DNA of 48,681 nucleotides from Octopus bimaculoides. Taxonomy: Eukaryota. The position numbers were made by a program, and so were the translations under genes. The stretch spans positions 13,439,166-13,487,846 of the forward strand of contig NC_068999.1 in assembly GCF_001194135.2 (NCBI RefSeq), read 5' to 3'. Under the pieces are notes generated by a model, which saw nothing but the letters and a program-made list of their open reading frames with translations, ran no database searches and had not been told where the DNA came from. Shown in pieces: positions 37,365 to 48,681 of the stretch (position 1 is the stretch's first letter; every line of letters begins with the position of its first letter).

Positions 37365-37682
37365 TGTCACTCTGTAGGTTGCTTACTACGTTAAGATTTC
37401 CAGCTGCTCTGATGTACTTAACAGTCTGGTCGTGAAATTAACGTATACGTGACTGATTGATCCACAGACAGGCATACCTTTATTGCAGTTTTCAGGAAGA
37501 TGCAGCGTGACACAACATGTATATAAATAACCCTTCCACATACAGGTACCACTCATGCTTGCCATCAGAGTGGACTGAAGAAACAGAAGATAATATGTCT
37601 TGCTGAAGGACACAACGCGTGCCATGAAACGAACTACTGACCTTAAGATCATAAGGCGAATACTTAACCTAACCACATGTCC
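37365..37682 (-). mobile_element. tRNA-derived SINE (same family as 35838-36146), opposite orientation
   Basis: Reverse complement GGACATGTGGTTAGGTTAAGTATTCGCC…GTAGTTCGTTTCATGGCACGCGTTGTGTCCTTCAGCAAGACA…TGTGTCACGCTGCATCTTCCTGAAAACTG…ACGTTAATTTCACGAC. Confidence 0.75.
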
Positions 37683-38987
37683 ATACTGAGACATAAAGCA
37701 CGTTAAAAGTCATATCAATGATACAAAGTGAAAACCGACTTCGGTTGTTTTTGCACGGAGTTATTTATGTTTAAATGTTTTTCGAATAGAAATAAACCGG
37801 TTAACTACGCACATAGTTTTTAAGAAATTGCAAATTTTCATGAAACATAACATGGCTTTTTAAACTCAAACTCAATTAGGAAGCAGAAATATGCACAATT
37901 CTAATTTGAAGAATAGAGATACTTGCCATAATTTTCCGTCAAACTATCAAAAATAATGTTAAAGAAAAATTAATTGATAACCGTAAACATTTTAAACATT
38001 TGCTTGTTATTAAATAGTGCAGGCGCAGGAATAAATTTGATATTTTTATTGACTTAGATGATGACTATTTATGCTTTTGGAATGGTTACGAGTGTCAAAT
38101 ACAAGTCCATTTAAGTTATTTTGCATTTTACATACACATTTGTCCATAATTTTATACACATTAAATGGTAACATCCACGTGCGTTAAATTCGAATAATTA
38201 AATTTCTACACAATGTATATGTAGTTGTGAACTCCACGGATTAAAGTTCTATGACCAAGCATGACTCTTTCCGCCACTTGATCTAACCTTAAGTCTCGTT
38301 AAAATATTCTATGAGTATAATGTAATATTTCAGTTTCTATGCATATTAATTCTGTTAAAATATGAATAAACCAGGTTTGAAAACCATTTCAGAATTGTTA
38401 CCGTCAATTCATTTGATTTGATGACACTCCCAAAAGACACCTCTGTATGTACTTCATTATTTATGAGAGCAAATCGTAATCCCAAACGTTGCATGATAAA
38501 TGCCTCTGCAACATATACATATCGTTTTTGAAGTTTACTGATATCAACTTCGTCACAAGAAGAAGAGAACAAAGTTTACAAATTCATAATGCATTGTGTT
38601 GGCTGTTTCGACTTTTATTCTAGATTAGAGTATTTCAGAAGAAAAGCATAGCGAATAGTCTCTATATAAATTACAAATGTACCCTTCTTCGGAAAGTGTC
38701 GATATCCCATAACTGTTTCAGATAATAAGCACGTTGTGTTTTCCCTTGCAGCTCTTGTAATATATTCACAGTATTAGATTACCTTATTTCTTATCTTAGG
38801 AGTGATAACCTTTATGTTATTGTGAGGTGTTCATTGGAGAAAAGTATTGCATTACGAAAGGCATCAATATATATCTGCAGTTATGTCTAAATGGCGTATT
38901 TAAATATATAATTATACGTGTTCAAGTTTCATAATATCATTAAGCTGTTAGTACCTCATTCGGTTCAGTATATGAACTTCCTTATAT

Positions 38988-39028
<41 letters not shown>

Positions 39029-39829
39029 GTATGTATACATGTATACATACACACGCACATATATGTGTGTACTCGTAAGAAGCCAGTTGAATTTAATGTA
39101 CATTACATATAATTCCTTTGTTGGAACAACTTTGGTTTACAGGTGTTTCCTGTAGTCATTAGAGGTACATTCATGATTGGTTTACTGAAATAATCTACTG
39201 GTGAAATGAGATAAATTAATGCTACTTTCATCAGACCATGTATTGCCTTAATTCATCCAATTTACCTGAATTGATCAACATACTACTTGAGTAAACCTCT
39301 TAATAATGTCCATACTATGGCTACCCGAAACATGTGGAAGCCGTTTCCAGGGATAAAAGAATTGTATGTAATGCCCATTATTTTATAATTGTTTCCGATA
39401 TATCACATTGTAAACACAGTACATCTGAAGCCCATCCACGAATTTACAATATAGATTATTGGCAGTTCTTCACTTATCTAAGTAATATTATTAGCCTCGC
39501 GTTCCAAGGGAAAGCTTATAAAATAGTTCATAATCCCATACTGTTTAAAATTAGCGATTGTTGTTCCCTTTTTTTCCAGCAGAGATTGGTGCATTGCTGA
39601 ACATTCAACGGCGTTGGAATGCATACGCCGTTGGAATGCATAATGTCGAGTGCTGTAGTTTGGAAAATGTAGTTTACATCCATGTCGGGAAGTCTTTTCA
39701 ATACCAGAAAAGCGTTAGGTTTGCAATGATTATTCGTGCCATATATGAAAATTCCCCCCTCACCAATATGTCTCGGTCACCTGTAAACACTGTAAACTAT
39801 GTAAGATAAGACTACATATAGAAAGCTAG

Positions 39830-40295
39830 AAGAAACGTTTTCAGCAGTTGTTATGACTGCGCACACACGCCGGGTTTTATGACCACATCTTTGAACAAGG
39901 CCGTATCCGTAATTCAGACGTCCGTCTATGTGAAGCTGGTGATGACTGTATTCAAACCCTGCTTGGATATGTCTGGTACTGTAAAATCATAAGTGAGGCG
40001 GGACGATTTCGCCCCTTTCCATATCCTCTCTTACATAAAACACACGTGGTTGTCAGTAGATATCTCCGATTTCACGAGCCTAAATTTCTGGTCTTTTTAT
40101 TTCCCCGATTGTGATCCCATAGATTATTTGTGAGGTGCGGATGAAAATGACATCAACTATTCTGCCTTAAAAGCAACATCGAATTGGTATCCAAGACAAA
40201 AGAAGTGTTTGATTACCTTCCCAAGAAATGATTGAGAAAATGATGCATCAGACTCCATACCTCGTGAAAGTTGAGGGTCAATAATTTCAGTAAAA
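39830..40295 (+). mobile_element. maT-like (DD37D) mariner transposase catalytic/C-terminal relic
   Basis: Across frameshifts: HIFEQGRIRNSD / YVKLVMTVFKPCL / RDDFAPFHILSYIKHTWLSVDISDFTSLNFWSFYFPDCDPIDY / LVSKTKEVFDYLPK / LVKVEGQ*F, compared with the family pattern QDSAP.H….Q.WL…DF…WPPNSPDCNP+DY. There are 38 residues between the last two Asp as read in this decayed copy. Confidence 0.8.
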
Positions 40296-42311
40296 TTTTA
40301 TCACCTAATCATAATATTGTTTCAGCTTTTTCTATTTTAAATTACTTTTAATTATGGGTAGGATTTCAAATTCTACTTTTCCTTTAATGCAACTATCACA
40401 TGTAGCCAGGACACCTACCAAATCATGTTTAGTTTCCTAATCAAGGTTTCCTACTTTTAAGCTAAAATGACAAATAATTTCTAAGATATGGTAACTTATA
40501 GAGTAACAGTACACGTATTTTTATATTTACATAAAGCCGCATGAATTATTAAAATTAAGTGTATTATGAAGGGCATTAACAATTATATTTGAAGCACCAT
40601 TAATTATGAAGAAATTATAATTGCATTTCCACGTGTCTACAAACAGCATGGATTAGAAAGGTAACTATTAGGATATTAGCAATTATAATGGCATTAACGA
40701 GAGATTGTTTAGTGCAGTTCATACCCAATACAATTTATGGATAGAATATGTCATTTAATCGATTGATCTGAATATATGAGGTAGCTGTTTAGTACTGGAA
40801 AATGCCTTGGAAATTCTGAGCGAATGCATTTGACAAAAGTGTTCGTGTTTGGCAAATTGAGTTTTCATTGAGTTGACAGGCACTTCTAAATGAAACAAAG
40901 AAGGTCCATTTCTGTTATTATCCTGTAACTTTATTGCTACACGCCCCACTATTATTAACCCTGATAAAAAGTGAGTCTCTATCCAGGTCTCTTTTCTTCT
41001 AATATTTGGAAAAGCCTATTCTAAATACATGCATGTATAATACTCTGCCTGTTTTTGAAGAGTTATAGGCAGTAACTATTTTTTTTTCAATGAAATAGAA
41101 GTTCTTGTTTGAAACACATTGGGATGTAAGCATTGGCGAATGAGGATTAAAGCAGTAATTAAATTCTTTTTCTTAGAACATTACTAAGAAATCCCAGATA
41201 TTTATTAAGAACGTAATTAAAAGTAAAAAATCAATAGCATTCATGTGCCTACAACTGCTAATCTCAGAGTTGTTTCTTTGTTCTATTTTTAATTCACTAC
41301 TGTATAAAATGAAGCTTTAGGAAACGCACGTGAGAATGCAACTTAACCTTTGTTTTAATGGCAGTGCCGGATATATGACGCACAAGCCAATGCCGCGAGT
41401 TGCTGCATTCAACATTTGTTGGTATATGTCCAAGTCTTCCTTAGACATCAACAAAGCAGTGTCCCAGCCCATGCTCCTCTCTGGGAGTTACCTCCTCGTC
41501 TGCTGCGACCATATGGTATGTAGTCGACAATACAAGATATTAACCCACCGAGATCCTATGTAAATAGAGCACGGTAAGCAGGGTCACACATGGAAAATCA
41601 AGCAACATAAAGAAATGGTTTGAGCAGGAACTCAAAATGACCCAAAACTATATGAAAATAACCCAATACTATATGAAAAGTTAGATATCATATAACCGTT
41701 GTTAATAGTCGGACGTAAAGAATGAGCTTTGCAAAACACGATTAAATATAAATATTTGGTTAATGTTTTGGCAAACAATAATTTGGCCAGAGTTTCGAGG
41801 GAGAAGTTAAGTCGATAACAGTGACCCCAATGCTCAGCTGGTACTTATTTTCTTCAACCCGAAAAGATAAAAAGAAAATGGACATCAACGCAATTTCGAA
41901 ACCCGAATGTGAATACGGGAAAAATGCCGCTAAGTATTTTCCTCCAGCGTGCTCACGCTTGTGCATAAATATTAACGAAATTTATAAGGATGTGAATATA
42001 ATATCATTCGAACGGAAAACACACCCGGAAGTTACTATTCATTGAGTGAAAAATTATCAAGTGGGATTTGCCTTAAGCACCTTATATTTCAGTGTACTAC
42101 AAAATTTAGATATTCCAAATAGCAAATATTTTTTCTTAACAATATAAGAGAAATGTTTTAATGGCTTTCGCCAACGTCTTTCACGCGGGACGGCAAGATT
42201 TAGAATAATATCTGCATGTGCTATTTTGAATTAAAAATACATGAAATCAAGTAAACTTCATTTAATCGCCTGCATTGACAAACAAACAGCGACAAATACA
42301 AAATAATACTG

Positions 42312-42339
42312 CTGATGATGGTGATGATGATGGTGATGG

Positions 42340-42397
<58 letters not shown>

Positions 42398-42424
42398 GAT
42401 GATGATGATGATGATGATGATGAT
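42312..42424. repeat. (GAT)n microsatellite
   Basis: Directly visible. Confidence 0.97.
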
Positions 42425-42479
42425 CGGGAATTTAATCGGGACTTAACTGCATGGCAATATTTGGGTGGAGATATGGGAC

Positions 42480-42840
42480 CATTTGAAACTCACCAGCTCT
42501 CCTAGTGAGAATTATGAGCATGTTCCCAAACATCCAGAACTGTGAAGGGAACCAACCCAACGTATGGGTAGTAATAGCTTTGTTGTTTTGGTTGAGTAGC
42601 GCAGGCCCGGTTGTCCTCCAGAGACTGCTTGTGCACAAAGACAGAGTCAGAGAAGAAGGTGAGTTAAGGAAGTGAACCAAATGGTAATTGAATACTGGAT
42701 CAGGAGTAAACCCAGGGGAAGAGGATTCAGACATGGAATGAAAGCAAAACAGAATGAAATAGGACTCCCAGAAATAAGTGAGATTAGGTTAGCGGAGCAG
42801 GCAAGAGCAATAAGAGCAAAAGAGTGATTAGAAGACATGA
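42480..42840 (-). mobile_element. Possible highly decayed PLE GIY-YIG endonuclease region
   Basis: Pyrimidine-rich sense strand like the 29.4-30 kb PLE relic. The peptides NHSF…CSANLISLIS and PVFNYHLVHFLNSPSSLTLSLCTSSL weakly resemble F.C.SAN+IYCI.C and PV..HF..P.HS…+C.LSL of PLE endonucleases. Confidence 0.4.
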
Positions 42841-42842
42841 AA

Positions 42843-43165
42843 TTATGGGTGCAAATATAAATTACTCATACGTAAAGTGATTGTAGGGAATTGCCGGAGC
42901 GAAAAGACCTTCAGTATGGTATAGACACACTAAAGGAAAGCGTTTGATACAGGAAAGCGCACGACATAACTGGGTATTCAAAGCCCTTTAAATATATAAG
43001 ATCTCTCCTGTCACCTTTAATATCTTACAATGTAGCATGGCCAAGTGGAACACACATCTCCTTCTATATTAATAGGATAAGTCAAACTACCAATATCAAC
43101 ATCAAACGAGGCACCTTTCAAGGTTTACCCCATTCCCATGAATGTTTCATGCATACCCTATGGAG
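42843..43165 (+). mobile_element. R4/Dong-clade reverse transcriptase fragment
   Basis: YGCKYKLLIRKVIVGNCRSEKTFSMV*TH*RKAFDT / HNWVFKAL*IYKISPVTFNILQCSMAKWNTHLLL / TNINIKRGTFQGLPHS match GCKDQLLI.K.I…W+DY+KAFDS+PH.WI…L.+YK+.P…SM..W.T.L…I.I+RGIFQGDSLS. Confidence 0.75.
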
Positions 43166-45572
43166 AGATTCGATTCGTAGTACGTACTTGACCACATGAA
43201 GCATTCCGAAAGCATAATATCCGACAAAACGTCATGAGGAATTTTCCGCTAAGACTGTTCTTGTAGGCGTTGCGCATAAACTTTGGTAATAATCTAGGAT
43301 GAACTTAGTAAATTCCTATTGAAATCATGTGTTATATTTTTTTCCAACCGGCCATTTTTTTCAAACAGGTAACTCCTACAAGAAAAAAAGAAAAAAAAGG
43401 AATATTCAACTGAAACGTTTCTGATATCAAACACCCGATCCCTGTTTACAACTAACCCGTGATTATATTTTCCTGTGTGATAAATCCTGAAAAATGGACA
43501 ATGCACACATATTTACATTGGTCGTTGTTCTCCACTTCATGTTACCATTGCAATCATGTAGAAGTCTGTGAATGTTCTTCACGATCTGCTTATCTGTGTT
43601 TCATCAATAATTGTTTCGTGAGATTACGTAAGGGTGGATATGTATATAAGAACGGAATGTCCCGCATACATAATTAGTCAAAGAGCCTTGACCGTTATCA
43701 GATATTTCTTACATTAATGTGCGAAATTGAATCGATGGAAAACCATCGAGGGAAAATATGTATTAGACTCTCACACTGCCTTTCAGTACGACTTTCGCCT
43801 GGAGTTTGGTAGAATGAGGCAGTTCATACACATGAATTTCCGGTCTAACCGAGGCACTACATATATTACGCTTGACCTCGGTCGGAATATTGTAGCAGCC
43901 ACTGGTCAATACATTTTCTCTTGTACTGGCAGTTTAAATAGAATCCCATTTCTTTCGGTTCGCTTTCATTATACATTTGTAACTCATCTATATAGTGTCG
44001 GACATTTCCATTATAAATCGACTTTTTCGAAGCCGCAGTCCTGATTCCATCTACTTTTGTCGACACCATAGTTTACGTAATATATTTATGTATGGCGGTA
44101 ATATCCTCTAATTTGTGCTCTTTGCATAACATAAATTTCTTTCAGATAATTATCCAACGCAATATGTACCCCGATACTCGAGACAGAAGATATTTGTCTT
44201 CATTCTTTCAGACATCTCATGTTATGCGTGTTAGGCTGCTCACATACAATTCTAGCCGCACTAAAATTTTGTTAAGGATACTGAATCATGTGGAGAAGAC
44301 ACATAACAATTATATGAAATATTCCCACAAGAGAAGATTTGTTAACGAAGGATTCATCAAGAGCTACGAAGACAAGGCTGCTAATACAAGTAATTATAGG
44401 CAATTGTCTTTTCTACTTTACTGCAGCCATATATACTAGGTTTTGTTAGTTGTATTTGTCTGAGATACGATGAATTCTACATGGCAGAAGAGAATTTGTC
44501 AATTTCTCTATAAGTTTTTGTCCCAAACATTAGCCATGTTTTAATCTTGGTATTCATAAAACCACTAACATATACATACACATAAATATTATCACGTATA
44601 TACGAATACGAAAACAGAGGATGCGCTCGCACACAGAGAAATACATACAAAAGACGGATTTTTCTTGCGTACCTGAATATATCTAACTATGACAACATTT
44701 CGCTATATACGAAGATTAGCCCAAATTCATTCCCTAGTAGCTTTTATTGGATCGCTGAATTACCGATACTAGTTGCCTCCCCTTAACCACAATCTCGTGG
44801 ATTCCTTCCCTCTCCCTAATTCGTGTTACAACGTTAGCATGCTGAAGGACATAAACGGCCCCATTCTACCTATTCATTGACTTCTCCCCCGTAATTTTTT
44901 TTCTTGTCTATTTTATAAATTAATATTTCGTAACGGTTTTAATTTGTGACCTTGGTTCAGAATCTAACTGCCCAAATGTAGAAAGCGCTGGACTTATACT
45001 GGCCTATTTTGGACCATATGTGTGACGCTCTGTATTAATTTCTGTGGCTAAATCTTTCTTAAGCACCCTACGATAACTAGCTACTTTTCCTTGAGTTCAC
45101 CCCGTTAACATAGGTACTATCATTTAATAATCATGTTAGTATTTCCCTTATATATAGTTTCTTGATAATTTCTACCTTTAAATATCCAGACCCCACTTTA
45201 AATTGCACCTACCTGTTAATAAATTGTAGTATTCCCTAGTCCTGTACTAGCTCATTTTTGTACCTACGGATCTTGTAGCGCCTTGATGATAAATTATATG
45301 CTCTTAATATATATGGCTTCTAGTCTCTTTGTATATGTCATGTTGACTTTCATGTTCCATCTTTTCTTTGTTTACATTTATGGTCTCGACTTTTACTCTG
45401 ATGAAGCTCCGCTGCGTTTATTCTCACATCTAATTATTGACACCATTTTGACAACCGATCAGAAACAACCGTAAGAAATGTTGCCTCACCGATTTCTTTA
45501 TGCTTTGTATTAATAAGTAAGCTATAGATATGGGCCAATGGATGTGGTCGTTAATCTTTGGCTTGCTCCATT

Positions 45573-45579
<7 letters not shown>

Positions 45580-45643
<64 letters not shown>

Positions 45644-45653
45644 TATATATGTA

Positions 45654-45698
<45 letters not shown>

Positions 45699-45726
45699 AT
45701 ATGTATATGTATATATGTATGTGTGT
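45580..45726. repeat. (TA)n/(TATG)n microsatellite
   Basis: Directly visible. Confidence 0.97.
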
Positions 45727-45834
45727 GAGTACTAGCAGACATATTAGGTTAAGGATGCTAATGAACTTTAAAAACGCCGTCTACATTACGCAGGTTTCAA
45801 CTGCTAGTAACTGAGATAACAACTCTCTACGCAA

Positions 45835-45875
45835 CTTTTCAACCCATGCCAGCATGGACAATAGACCTGAAATGT
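45835..45875 (+). mobile_element. RTE-type 3' tail fragment
   Basis: TTCAACCCATGCCAGCATGGACAATAGACCTGAAATG is homologous to the RTE terminus at 18377-18412 (CGAACCCATGGTAACATGGACAACAGAGGTGTTAAATG). Confidence 0.55.
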
Positions 45876-47185
45876 AAAGAGAATGTTTCCAACTCATATA
45901 TGTATATAAAGTAAATACACACGAATTGTGTAATTAAATGTTCAACTCGAAAAACGGTTCAATATATACTGTAGAACAAAGAGAGCGAATAAGAAATAAC
46001 CAGCTGTCTGTGAATGAAATTTACATATTGTTTCGGTTGTGATAGGAGATAGGTACTAGCATGCTATTGTATTTGAAATGTTTACATAGACGGAACTCGA
46101 AGCAGTGCTGTCACATACATGGTAACGTACTCAGCTGTTTATAAATGTAAACAAGCTTTGTGTTATATTTCGCTGGAGATTTTCAATTAACAGGTTGATA
46201 GCTGGTCTAGATCAGGTCAGACGGTGCATAACGAATTTTTATTATTTGGTGAATATAAGCACAGATCATCATACAATTTGTTCGTTGAAACAAAGAAAGC
46301 AGACGAAAGTGTTTCGTTTCATCTCTGAGTTCTGTTTGATTATGGCTCACAAGACACCCCGAGTGAGAATATTTTTTTTTTGTTTTTAGTCTCAAGTTGC
46401 CGACTATTTCTCTCCTACGAAACATATGGCAAACATCGGTGTCTCAGACTGTGGTATTCAAATACGACGTGTTGAACTGTCTGTTATCGTAAAAGGGGCA
46501 AGTTATTCCCCTTAAATATACACACCATCCAATGTATAATACATATTCAAACATTCCCTATAGAAATCTCATTATGGACGGTGGGAATAGGGATTAATTT
46601 CAGCAAGCTTATAGAAGCATCGATCATCAAATAAATTGTTTGATAGATTTATAAATAAATCCTGTGAAATTGGCTCCTTTCAAATTTCTGGATGACGAGA
46701 AGCAACATATTGAAACACCAGTGTCTTAACCGGTCTGAACAATGCGTGTCCAAACGTATCCAAACATAGGATGCCCATGTAATCATCAATGCGAGGATTT
46801 GTTAAACGCAGCGTTGGCTGCTAAAGGATTATTTATTCATCTTAGAGAAAAATATACAACACCCAACTGGTTTTGCATGTAGCCTCGAAGTGTTACGAAC
46901 GAATATGCAAATAGCCATTCCACACCTTGGTGTAGTAATGCCGGATTTTCACTATTACTATATAAGCACCAAGCAGCTATCAATTTGTTTGCTGAAAATA
47001 TGAATGATTCCAGTAATTTTGCCTACTCTGAAAGACCCGTCCGATATTGGCAGACAAAACATATTAAAAAAACTGGTGTTGGAGGCTGCTCCGTGTGAAT
47101 GGAATGACTGTGGAAAATGCAGTGATATGGTAAAAGGGACAAACTATTCACCTTAGAAATAGAATGCAGCCCCGAGCATATCATA

Positions 47186-47249
47186 TATATAAACCTGCCC
47201 AGAGGTGTTGTGTTGTTAGTAAATAAGCATATATTTATTCCAGGTATCT
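47186..47249 (+). promoter_or_regulatory. Candidate Pol II core promoter: TATA box, initiator and short first exon donor
   Basis: TATATAAA(47186-47193) with GC-richer flanks, Inr-like TTAGT with its A at 47218 (30 nt from TATAAA), then CAG|GTATCT at 47243/47244. Motif evidence only. Confidence 0.3.
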
Positions 47250-48681
47250 CTGTATTTTGTGAGAATATATATATATATATATATATTTATTTATAAACAC
47301 TTGCATATGGAAATTTGCGTTATAGATTCAAATATCCGCTTACATAAAAAAAAAACATATGAACCACCGACAAATTGTAAAGGGATAATGAAATATTTAA
47401 TTGTCTTCATGTTTCAGTATATCAGCACTCATTAGACAATAATAGCTCTCTTCAATAGATATTCCGATGTCTTAGATAATTCTGTAACACGTAAAATACG
47501 AAGCTAAATAATGACTATTATTTGGATGATTTCAAGTGGCATTTGTGTCAAATCTGTAGTGTGTGTGAAATATATAATATATGCATACGTGTATGTATGT
47601 ATATATGTATGTATGTAGGTTTTAGTTTTTTTAATATTTTTTGTTATATTATATTATAATTAAAATAATAGATTGTCAACTGTATTTCTCTAGTTAATTT
47701 ATTCTTAGTCTTTAAACATATATTCAAAAATGACTTGTAATATATTTATTTTGGACACCGTTTGTTTTACTGAATTTCCTTCTCGGGAAAAGAGTGAAGG
47801 TTAGACTTTTTCGATCACGAGCGCAACGTAACCAAATTATTTTTCATATACAATATATGAATGATGTCATGACTTCTTCTTATTTGTAACCTATAAATAT
47901 ATTGGTTCATTCTGCAATATGAGAATTTCGATAAAAGCAATAAATTCTTTTTTACACCTGATTTGCACAGCTTCACGCATTATAAAATAAGTTATTCCGA
48001 ATGTTAACCTAATGTATATTGGCGTATATGAACACAAACCATGTAACAATCGGTGATAAATGATATAATCTCATAGCCTCACGGGAAAATCACAAACAAA
48101 CCCATTGGAAACGAAGAGCTATATCAATATTTACATGCTGAATAGAAAGAACACTTTCCCGCTTTAAGTATTGAATCTGATGAATAGAAAAACAAACATT
48201 AAGATGTTTGGTTTGGAAAATATTAGAAGTACACTAAACGAGATAAACATAAATTCCGAGTTACTGCCGAGTTTTCTGCAGAGTACAGTGACACATAAAT
48301 CATTCTAAAAACAGAAAACTACAATAAAGGGAATAGTCAAAATGTGTTATTTTAAAGCACTGTATTCAGTTGATTATATGTTTGTATATGTGTGTATATG
48401 TATTTCTGCACCAATAATTCTGGGTGTATGTATTTTGTGTCTACAAAAAAAAAACGACTCCTGCAACTGTTAGGTATAAGAGCCCAACGTAGATTATATA
48501 CACCGAGTATTCTCCTGGCATTAGGGGTAAAGGAATTTCTATAATTAGATAAGTGCATGCATGCATATATATAGAGAAACGAACAGACAGAACACACACG
48601 CGTATATATGTATGTATGTATTTATATATGTATGTACATATACGTATATATACCTATATATATATATATATATATATATAT

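Noticed and set aside
39850-40000. Frame reading LRTHAGFYDHIF…CEAG…C, initially suggesting a LINE zinc knuckle
   Set aside because: Better explained as frameshifted maT-like mariner transposase, annotated above.
41430-41520. LDINKA resembling the LINE RT motif LDISKAFD
   Set aside because: A single short motif with no supporting context.
45405-45430. CTGATGAAGCTCCGCTGCG
   Set aside because: No GAAA at the required position and no flanking stems.
1-48681. CRISPR arrays, rRNA genes, genuine tRNA genes, prokaryotic operons
   Set aside because: None seen. The sequence is eukaryotic, and the tRNA-like motifs are decayed SINE heads that do not fold into cloverleaves.

Overview
About 48.7 kb of AT-rich eukaryotic, essentially non-coding (intronic or intergenic) DNA. 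It has 11 N-gaps, each flanked by dinucleotide microsatellites. The SINE, RTE-tail and mariner families match octopod cephalopod (Octopus-type) repeats as I remember them; this is an inference, not a database search. No host protein-coding gene can be confidently identified, and nearly all ORFs in the supplied track are microsatellite or N-gap artefacts. The window is a graveyard of mobile elements: tRNA-derived SINEs (at least 3 families), Tc1, mariner and maT-like (DD37D) transposase relics, RTE LINE 3' ends, R4/Dong non-LTR fragments, Penelope-like (PLE) RT and GIY-YIG relics, and long-TIR non-autonomous elements. The most interesting signal is RNA structure. An apparently intact type I hammerhead ribozyme (65-109; U4C and A10.1-U11.1 variant, palindromic stem III) sits at the tip of a highly base-paired ~250-nt element. 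A decayed antisense relative lies at ~22.8-23.0 kb, and a second, different hammerhead-like variant lies at 2019-2055 in a PLE-type terminal repeat. Weak candidates for host-gene parts are a signal-peptide-like exon at 9649 and a TATA/Inr/short-exon arrangement at 47186-47249.
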